A stretch of DNA of 64,000 nucleotides from Candidatus Poribacteria bacterium. Lineage in GTDB: Bacteria; Poribacteria; WGA-4E; WGA-3G. This document shows, piece after piece, positions 57,041 through 64,000 of the stretch (positions within the stretch are counted from its first letter, which is position 1; every line of letters begins with the position of its first letter). The DNA is taken from contig OZ219753.1 in assembly GCA_964291315.2 (NCBI GenBank), forward strand, positions 320,001 through 384,000, in the 5' to 3' direction. Position numbers and translations under genes: made by a program. Under the pieces are notes generated by a model. The model worked only from the letters and a program-made list of their open reading frames with translations, was not told the DNA's origin and searched no databases.

Positions 57041-60000
57041 ATGTCACAACTCAAACTCAAACCTACCCACAAGCCGATCCGCGACTATTATGCCACGCTG
57101 CAGGCATACGCCCAGCATAAGGCAACGCACGAAGGCGCTGTCAGCAATCCGTTCGCCTTCTTACTCGATACCTGCGCGAAGCAGGTGAAAGCGACGCTCA
57201 TCCCGCAATATCAGATGCACGCCCCCAACGGAAACCGCATCGTGATTGACGGCGCAATCTTGGATGAATATAGCCTGCCGATCGCTTATTGGGAGGCAAA
57301 AGATATAGATGACGATCTCCCTAAAGCCGTTGAGGAGAAACGCGCGGCGGGGTATCCGCTAGACAATATCCTGTTCCAGAACCCACAGCGTGCTATTTTG
57401 TATCAGAACGGAGCAGAGGTGATCGATGTAGACATTACTGCGCCGGTCTCTCTGATCGCTGCCCTGGAAAGTCTATTCGCTTATGTGCCGCCGGCACTGG
57501 AAAATTGGCAGTCGGCTGTCAACGACTTCAAAGAACATGTGCCCGCTCTCGCAGGCAAGTTGAAAGAGCTCATTAACCAGCGGCATGCAGTGGATACGGC
57601 ATTCCAAGCAGCGTTCTCCAACTTTTATGAGACCTGCCGCACGGCAATTGACCCGGCTCTCTCACAGGATGCGGTTGAGGAGATGCTGATCCAACACATC
57701 CTCACCGAACGCATCTTCCGCACGATTTTCAACCGGTCGGACTTCGCGAATCGGAACATTATCGCTGTTGAGATAGAGAATGTCAGTGCTGCACTCATGC
57801 GGCATGCGGTGAGTCGGGATGTGTTTCTGGCACCTTTAGATCGTTTCTACACCGCTATTGAGCAAGCGGCACTGCTCTGCAAAGACTTCTCACAGAAACA
57901 GAGCTTCCTCAATACGTTCTATGAGAAGTTCTTTCAAGGGTTCTCCGAAGATACAGCCGACACACACGGCATTGTCTACACGCCGCAGCCGATCGTGGAT
58001 TTCATGGTCAACAGCGTACAACACATTTTGAAAACCGAGTTTGATCGTTCGTTGTCGGATAGCGGTGTGCATATCATAGACCCGTTTGTCGGCACGGGCA
58101 ACTTCATCGTGCGGCTGATGCAGTCCCTGGATCCGATCTCCCTGGAGCGAAAATACACCGCTAATCCACCGGAACTCCACTGCAACGAGGTGATGCTTTT
58201 GCCGTATTACATTGCGAGTTTGAACATTGAGCAGGAGTATTTCCGTCGGACGGGTGTGTATCTGCCGTTTGAGGGTATCGTGCTGGCGGATACGTTCGAG
58301 CTGCTTGAGCAGGAGCAAGGTCAGCTCTTCACACGTGAGAACACGGAGCGGGTGCAGGAGCAGAAGTCGGCGGATATGTTCGTAGTGATCGGCAATCCGC
58401 CCTACAACACCGGGCAGGAGAATGAGAACGACAACAACAAGAACCGGAAGTATCTGCTCATGGACGCACGCGTTCGGGACACCTACTCCCAAGATTCAAA
58501 AGCCTCGAACAAAAACGCCCTCTCGGATCCGTATGTGAAGGCGGTCTTATGGGCATCGCAGCGGATTGGAGCAGAGGGCATCGTGGCACTTGTGACGAAC
58601 AATAGTTTTCTCGACGGCATCGCGTTTGATGGGATGCGAAAACACCTCACACAGGACTTCACTAAGATTTATCATATTAACCTGAAAGGCGATGCCCGCA
58701 CCTCGGGCGAGCGCCGCCGAAAAGAGGGCGGCAATGTCTTTGAAGATCAGATCCGGGTAGGTGTTGGTATCAGTTTCTTCATCAAAAAAGCTGGGTCGCC
58801 CGCTGCACCTGCGGAGGTTTGGCTGTATGCTGTTGAAGACTATATGAAATCTCGGGAGAAGCAGGATCTGTTGGTCGAGTTCAGCGACTATACAAATGTT
58901 CCGTTGAAGCAAGCGGTGTTAGATGCAAGGCATACCTGGCTCACGGAAGGGCTCCGTCCTGAATTTGACACCTTTGTTCCGATGGGCACAAAGGCAGCGA
59001 AGTCGAAAAAAGGAACGGCATCGGGCACGATTTTCAAAACCTACAGCAACGGCGTGAAGACTTGTCGTGATGCATGGGTCTACAATTTCAACCGAGACGC
59101 ACTCACTGAAAATATAAGTCGGATGATTGAAAATTATAACGCAGAAGTGGCGCGCTGGACACAACGGAGAAATACGGAGGTGCCCGTTGATAATTTTGTA
59201 GTCTATGACGATACAAAAATCAAGTGGAGTCGGGATTTGAAAGTGAAGTTGAAACGAGGAACAGTTACCGAATATGAGGATCACAAAGTGAGGACCTCCC
59301 TCTATCGCCCCTTTACGAAATCCAACCTCTACTTCGACCGAACTATGAACGATGTCGTATACGTGTTTCCATCTATCTGTCCCACGCCAGAGGCAGAGGC
59401 AGAAAATCGGGTCATTTGCGTCCCCGGCATCGGAAATAAGGGGCCTTTTACACCGTTGCTGACAAATCTCATTCCGTGTTCCGGATTACTCGTTGCCAAT
59501 CAGTGCTTTCCGTTCTACACCTATGACGAAGACGGCACAAACCGCCGCGAAAATATCACCGATTGGGCATTGGCACATTTCCGCTCACACTACAAAGACG
59601 ATACCATCAGCAAGTGGGACATCTTCCACTATACCTACGGGCTCCTGCATCACGCCGACTACCGCCAGAGATACGAGGCGAACCTCAAACGCGATCTGCC
59701 GCATATCCCGTTCACCGCAGACTTCTGGGCGTTCGCTACCGCAGGCGCACAACTCGCAGACCTCCACGTTAACTACGAATCTCAACCGAAATACGAAAAA
59801 CTCAGGTTGATGCAGAACCCCGAGGTGCCGCTCAACTGGCGCGTCGAAAAGATGCGGTTGTCCAAAGACAAGACACAGTTGAAATATAACGAGTTCTTGA
59901 CGTTGGAGGGCATTCCTGCCGAGGCGTTTGCGTATCGGTTAGGCACTCGTTCAGCGTTGGAGTGGGTGATAGATCAGTATCGTGTGAAGACGCACAGTCG

Positions 60001-60151
60001 GAGCGGGCTGGTTACCGATCCAAATTGTGCGGGTGCGCCGCGGTATATTGTGGATTTAGTGGCGCGCGTTATTACGGTCAGTCTAAAAACGGTGGAGATT
60101 GTTAAGAGGTTGCCTGCATTGTCTTTAACCTCTGGGGGCGGTGAGCTTTAG
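57041..60151 (+). CDS. Single-chain restriction-modification enzyme (nuclease + N6-adenine MTase + Type ISP-like C-terminal specificity domain, no helicase)
   Basis: IDG...WEAKD nuclease motif, GIVYTPQPIVDF, DPFVGTGNF (motif I), GNPPY (motif IV), SLYRPF, SALEWVIDQY. Confidence 0.9.
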   Translation: MSQLKLKPTHKPIRDYYATLQAYAQHKATHEGAVSNPFAFLLDTCAKQVKATLIPQYQMHAPNGNRIVIDGAILDEYSLPIAYWEAKDIDDDLPKAVEEKRAAGYPLDNILFQNPQRAILYQNGAEVIDVDITAPVSLIAALESLFAYVPPALENWQSAVNDFKEHVPALAGKLKELINQRHAVDTAFQAAFSNFYETCRTAIDPALSQDAVEEMLIQHILTERIFRTIFNRSDFANRNIIAVEIENVSAALMRHAVSRDVFLAPLDRFYTAIEQAALLCKDFSQKQSFLNTFYEKFFQGFSEDTADTHGIVYTPQPIVDFMVNSVQHILKTEFDRSLSDSGVHIIDPFVGTGNFIVRLMQSLDPISLERKYTANPPELHCNEVMLLPYYIASLNIEQEYFRRTGVYLPFEGIVLADTFELLEQEQGQLFTRENTERVQEQKSADMFVVIGNPPYNTGQENENDNNKNRKYLLMDARVRDTYSQDSKASNKNALSDPYVKAVLWASQRIGAEGIVALVTNNSFLDGIAFDGMRKHLTQDFTKIYHINLKGDARTSGERRRKEGGNVFEDQIRVGVGISFFIKKAGSPAAPAEVWLYAVEDYMKSREKQDLLVEFSDYTNVPLKQAVLDARHTWLTEGLRPEFDTFVPMGTKAAKSKKGTASGTIFKTYSNGVKTCRDAWVYNFNRDALTENISRMIENYNAEVARWTQRRNTEVPVDNFVVYDDTKIKWSRDLKVKLKRGTVTEYEDHKVRTSLYRPFTKSNLYFDRTMNDVVYVFPSICPTPEAEAENRVICVPGIGNKGPFTPLLTNLIPCSGLLVANQCFPFYTYDEDGTNRRENITDWALAHFRSHYKDDTISKWDIFHYTYGLLHHADYRQRYEANLKRDLPHIPFTADFWAFATAGAQLADLHVNYESQPKYEKLRLMQNPEVPLNWRVEKMRLSKDKTQLKYNEFLTLEGIPAEAFAYRLGTRSALEWVIDQYRVKTHSRSGLVTDPNCAGAPRYIVDLVARVITVSLKTVEIVKRLPALSLTSGGGEL

Positions 60152-60217
60152 CAGTATCGCAGCCCGTTAGAAAGTAGAACAGCATAGATAGATGGACAAC
60201 AGTAAGCTGAGCGCTGT

Positions 60218-60661
60218 TCACATTTCTGTCAAAATCTGGATCATTGCTTCAAGGGCGAGGATGTAACTCTGTGGACCGAAACCGCTGATGACTCCAACAG
60301 CGACCCCGGAGATATAAGAGTGATGCCGAAACGCTTCGCGGGCATAGATGTTAGAGAGGTGAATCTCGATGACCGGTAGCGAGACGGTGGCGAGGGCATC
60401 TCGAATGGCAACACTGGTGTGCGTATAGGCAGCCGGGTTTATCAGTATACCTTCTGCCCAGTCGATGTGGTCCCCAATGATGGAAACGAGTTCGCCTTCG
60501 TGATTGGATTGAAAAGTTTTGAGACTAAGCTCATACGGCGATGCTTCAGCATGCCGATCAAGCATGGTGTTGATGTCCAATAACGTCTGATGTCCGTAAA
60601 TCTCCGGTTGACGTTTGCCCAGAAGATGTAAGTTCGGTCCGTGTAGGACGAGTATGTTCAT
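60218..60661 (-). CDS. aroQ: Type II 3-dehydroquinate dehydratase
   Basis: [45 protein letters not shown]. Confidence 0.97.
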   Translation of the reverse strand: MNILVLHGPNLHLLGKRQPEIYGHQTLLDINTMLDRHAEASPYELSLKTFQSNHEGELVSIIGDHIDWAEGILINPAAYTHTSVAIRDALATVSLPVIEIHLSNIYAREAFRHHSYISGVAVGVISGFGPQSYILALEAMIQILTEM

Positions 60662-61000
60662 GTATACGTTCCTTTTTTTGTGAAAATACTGTCTTTACCG
60701 TAGAGAGTATATAATCAATTGAGAAAATTTTCAAAGGTTTTCGGAGATTAAGTTAGGAGGCGGGGTCCAGAAACCTCTCTCACAGACGTTTGCAATTTAC
60801 TGCATTTTAGGGTATAATTAAGGCCAGACTTAAATAGTAAAATTTGGATAATTGTAGAGAAAAGGATCTCACTTGCAAGCTTGAAATTGTGAAAACTTCG
60901 GACGTTTGTTCTTTTAGGGGTGGCTTGTGAGTTTCTAAAACTTGTTGTTAGAAGAAAACCCTGTAACGGCAGAATACTTGTAAAGGAATCTATCTATCTT

Positions 61001-62005
61001 ATGTCAATTAAAGTAGGTATTAACGGTTTTGGTCGCATTGGTCGGAACGCCTTTCGAGCGGCATTGCAGAATCCGACGTTAGATATAGAATTTGTTGCTA
61101 TCAACGATTTAACGAATCCGCAGACACTGGCTCACCTTCTCCAATACGATTCTGTTCATGGCATTTTGTCCGATGCTATTTCCGCGACAGCGGACAGTCT
61201 TGTCGTAAATAAAAAAGAGATACATGTTCTTGCTGAACGGGATCCCGGTAATCTTCCGTGGGGGGATCTTGGCGTGGATGTCGTTATTGAATCTACAGGT
61301 TTCTTTACTAGTCGAGAAGACGCTGAGAAACACATCACCTCCGGTGGTGCAAAAAAAGTGATTGTGTCTGCCCCTGCGAAGGGCGAGGACATCACTATAG
61401 TGATTGGTGTAAATGACGATAAATACGATAAGTCAGAACATCATCTCATTTCTAATGCCTCGTGTACGACAAACTGTCTTGCCCCGGTTGCGAAGGTATT
61501 ACACAAAGAATTTGGAATTGAGAGTGCTTTGATGACAACGATCCATGCCTATACAGGTGACCAGAGGGTTCACGACTTTCCACATTCGGATATGCGTCGG
61601 GCTCGCGCAGCAACGCTCTCAATGATTCCTACAACGACTGGTGCTGCTGTCGCAGTTGGGAAGGTTTTACCAGAATTGAACGGTAAACTTGACGGTTTTG
61701 CCATCCGGGTTCCTACGCCGAACGTCTCCGTTGTTGATCTCACTGCGGAGCTGAAGAAGAGTGCGGATGCCGAAGCGATCAACGCCGTCCTAAAAGAGGC
61801 ATCAGAAAGCAGCTTAGCAGGAATTCTCGGCTATTCTGAACTCGATCTCGTTTCATCAGATTTTAATGGAAATAAACTTTCCTCTGTTCTTGATGCTCCT
61901 TTCACTAAGGTGATCGAAAATGGGTTGATTAAAGTTCTTTCATGGTATGACAACGAATGGGGTTACTCCAACCGCCTCGTCGAATTGGCATCGCGTGTGC
62001 TTTAA
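61001..62005 (+). CDS. gap: Glyceraldehyde-3-phosphate dehydrogenase
   Basis: [31 protein letters not shown]. Confidence 0.97.
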   Translation: MSIKVGINGFGRIGRNAFRAALQNPTLDIEFVAINDLTNPQTLAHLLQYDSVHGILSDAISATADSLVVNKKEIHVLAERDPGNLPWGDLGVDVVIESTGFFTSREDAEKHITSGGAKKVIVSAPAKGEDITIVIGVNDDKYDKSEHHLISNASCTTNCLAPVAKVLHKEFGIESALMTTIHAYTGDQRVHDFPHSDMRRARAATLSMIPTTTGAAVAVGKVLPELNGKLDGFAIRVPTPNVSVVDLTAELKKSADAEAINAVLKEASESSLAGILGYSELDLVSSDFNGNKLSSVLDAPFTKVIENGLIKVLSWYDNEWGYSNRLVELASRVL

Positions 62006-62032
62006 TACGCGTGTCTACGGAAATAGAGGATT

Positions 62033-62788
62033 ATGCGAACACCTATCATCGCAGGAAACTGGAAATTGAACAATACGGTTTCAGAGGCGGTCAGGCTCAT
62101 AGCGGCACTGCAGCCGTTGGTTGCATCGTGTAGTGGGATTGAAATCATCGTTGCCCCGCCCTTTACCGCGCTTGCTCCGGTGAGTAAGACTATAGCGGAT
62201 AGCAACATCTGTCTCGCTGCTCAAGATGTCTATTGGGAAAACAGCGGCGCGTTTACTGGTGAAGTCTCAGCCCCTATGCTGAAAGAGGTCGGATGTGATT
62301 ACGTCATTATCGGACATTCGGAACGACGGCAGTACTTCGATGAGACCAATGAAAACGTCAATCGGAAGGTAAAGGCTGCATTAGCACACGACTTAAAACC
62401 GATTATCTGTGTCGGTGAACAGCTTGAAGAACGAGAATCTGGACAGACAGAAGCGATCATTGAGACGCATGTGAAAGCGGGCATTGCCGGTGTATCCGCA
62501 GCAGATTTGGTGTCATGTGTGATCGCTTATGAACCGGTGTGGGCAATCGGAACAGGGCAGACTGCTACACCGGATCAAGCACAAGAGGTTCACAACTTTA
62601 TCCGTGGGTTATTGACAGCAGCATATTCAGCGGAGGTCGGCTCACAGGTACGTATCCAATACGGTGGAAGTGTGAAGCCAGAAAACGCTTCGGAACTGAT
62701 GGGGCAGGCCGATGTAGACGGTGCACTTGTTGGCGGTGCAAGTCTCAAGGCAGAATCGTTTGCACAAATTGTGAGATTTGAACAATAG
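62033..62788 (+). CDS. tpiA: Triosephosphate isomerase
   Basis: AGNWK, GHSERR, AYEPVWAIGTG, YGGSV, LVGGASL. Confidence 0.97.
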   Translation: MRTPIIAGNWKLNNTVSEAVRLIAALQPLVASCSGIEIIVAPPFTALAPVSKTIADSNICLAAQDVYWENSGAFTGEVSAPMLKEVGCDYVIIGHSERRQYFDETNENVNRKVKAALAHDLKPIICVGEQLEERESGQTEAIIETHVKAGIAGVSAADLVSCVIAYEPVWAIGTGQTATPDQAQEVHNFIRGLLTAAYSAEVGSQVRIQYGGSVKPENASELMGQADVDGALVGGASLKAESFAQIVRFEQ

Positions 62789-62802
62789 GAGGAAATTGTT
62801 AA

Positions 62803-63222
62803 ATGGAAATTATCATTGGCTTTATGTTGGTTGTTTTCGTTCCGCTCTGCGTTGTATTGACGCTGACTATTTTGTTACAAGACAGCAAAGGGGAAGGCCT
62901 TTCAGCGAGCGCATTCGGCGGTGCAGAGATGCAATCTGTCCTCGGTGGACGCGGGGCAGCGACTTTCCTTAGTAAACTGACGACCTGGCTTGCTATAGGG
63001 TTCATGGTTATTTCTCTTTTCTTGATGCGTTTCTACGGAGAAGAAAAAACCGGGGCCCTCACCCCGATTGAACAAGAAACAACACAAGAAGCGACAGAAG
63101 AACCTATTGATACTATAGACGAAGAGAGCATTGAAACGCCCCCAGATGGCGCGAACGAAGACGTTGCCGATGACTCCGAAAAGACAGAAAGCGATGACGG
63201 CGCGGCAGAATCTTCGAAATAA
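62803..63222 (+). CDS. secG: Preprotein translocase subunit SecG with an acidic tail
   Basis: ILLQDSKGEGLS..FGG...FLSKLT; follows tpiA. Confidence 0.92.
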   Translation: MEIIIGFMLVVFVPLCVVLTLTILLQDSKGEGLSASAFGGAEMQSVLGGRGAATFLSKLTTWLAIGFMVISLFLMRFYGEEKTGALTPIEQETTQEATEEPIDTIDEESIETPPDGANEDVADDSEKTESDDGAAESSK

Positions 63223-63228
63223 ACCAAC

Positions 63229-63657
63229 ATGACAGACGTGCCTACCACGCTTTCATGGACAGTACATCCGATCGTTGAGAATTGGCGTAAGTCCGTTTTA
63301 TTTTTGTTTTTTCTGATATTGCTTTTGTTCGGTATCTACTTTGGTTTCCAATCTATTTATGTTGCCTTGATTTCTGCCGTTGTTCTGCTCGGATCGCTCT
63401 ACAAATACTTTCTCCCGTTTCACCACGAGTGTGAGGTCGATAGGCTTATTATCACAAGCTGCTGCTACAGACTAGAACGACCTTGGAAAACATTTCGCAG
63501 CTTTTACGTTGACGCGAACGGGATTTTACTCAGCCCGTTCGCCTGCCCAACACGCCTTGAAAATTTCCGCGGCGTTTACGTCCGATTCGGTAAACATACC
63601 CCTGAAGAAGTCGTTGATTTTATTCGCAGCAAAATTAAATCAGAACCTTCTCCGTAA
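63229..63657 (+). CDS. Hypothetical 2-TM membrane protein with a small soluble domain
   Basis: Two hydrophobic helices, then 'GILLSPF..PTRLENFRG'. Confidence 0.7.
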   Translation: MTDVPTTLSWTVHPIVENWRKSVLFLFFLILLLFGIYFGFQSIYVALISAVVLLGSLYKYFLPFHHECEVDRLIITSCCYRLERPWKTFRSFYVDANGILLSPFACPTRLENFRGVYVRFGKHTPEEVVDFIRSKIKSEPSP

Positions 63658-63721
63658 TTTTGTCAGAAGACAAGTCTCAAAGATTCGCAGAGAAAAGATC
63701 GGATGAAGTGAGAGGATCCAT

Positions 63722-64000
63722 ATGAATGTTTCTACATCGAGTCATGCGCCCAGAATTGAGACAACAGAAACCTTAAAAACCGCAGTGCTTGATGCGGTCA
63801 ATTCCGAAAGCATTACAGATATCCATACGCACCTCTTTAGTCCACCTTTCGGTGAGTTGTTATTGTGGGGTATTGATGAATTACTAACCTATCACTATCT
63901 AATCGCCGAGGTATTTCGCAAATCAGAGGGCTCGTATCAGCAGTTTTGGGCGATGCCGAAGGTAGAACAGGCAGACCTGATTTGGCAGACACTCTTCATT
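63722..64000 (+). CDS. Uronate (glucuronate) isomerase, BH0493-like amidohydrolase; 3' end outside the window
   Basis: Translated by hand: ...TDIHTHLFSPPFGELLLWGIDELLTYHYLIAEVFR...QADLIWQTLF; RBS GAGGA. Confidence 0.85.
   Translation, partial: MNVSTSSHAPRIETTETLKTAVLDAVNSESITDIHTHLFSPPFGELLLWGIDELLTYHYLIAEVFRKSEGSYQQFWAMPKVEQADLIWQTLFI

Noticed and set aside
1-64000. CRISPR array, tRNA/rRNA genes, transposase, integrase or reverse transcriptase
   Set aside because: I found no regularly spaced short repeats, cloverleaf/T-loop motifs, or DDE, tyrosine-recombinase or YxDD signatures by eye.

Overview
Bacterial chromosomal window of moderate GC, probably from Candidatus Poribacteria or a relative. 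That assignment is inferred from C-terminal '...K-x3-4-W-[GA]-x-L-K' tails, FGE-sulfatase repeat proteins and a FG-GAP/S8 protein. The housekeeping backbone comprises pgl-tmk-holB, metG plus an AddB-like nuclease, sodA, T-box-controlled ilvB-ilvN-ilvC, a DppA-like binding protein, mtnA, a tandemly duplicated ferredoxin, recJ-relA/spoT, rpmB, aroQ and gap-tpiA-secG. Accessory content includes two restriction(-modification) genes, a secreted triple FGE/C-lectin-fold protein, a decaying 21.9-27.8 kb envelope/export island, a subtilase, a zinc metallopeptidase, and an ECF sigma with a DUF4097 gene. The most notable observations are: (1) a cold-shock domain fused to two Hfq/Sm-like domains, next to a YkgJ-type Cys-cluster gene; (2) DGR-like, codon-position-1/2-biased variation at the C-terminal tips of the FGE repeats, with no reverse transcriptase in the window; (3) a twice-used layout of promoter, upstream ORF and poly-C tract; (4) a four-gene coupled operon containing a membrane-anchored primase-type zinc finger interrupted by one amber codon; (5) a Val-specifier T-box. 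Three genes, including relA, carry single-base deletions, so some frameshifts may be assembly errors. No rRNA, tRNA, CRISPR array, transposase or reverse transcriptase was seen. All family assignments come from motif recognition by eye, not database searches.
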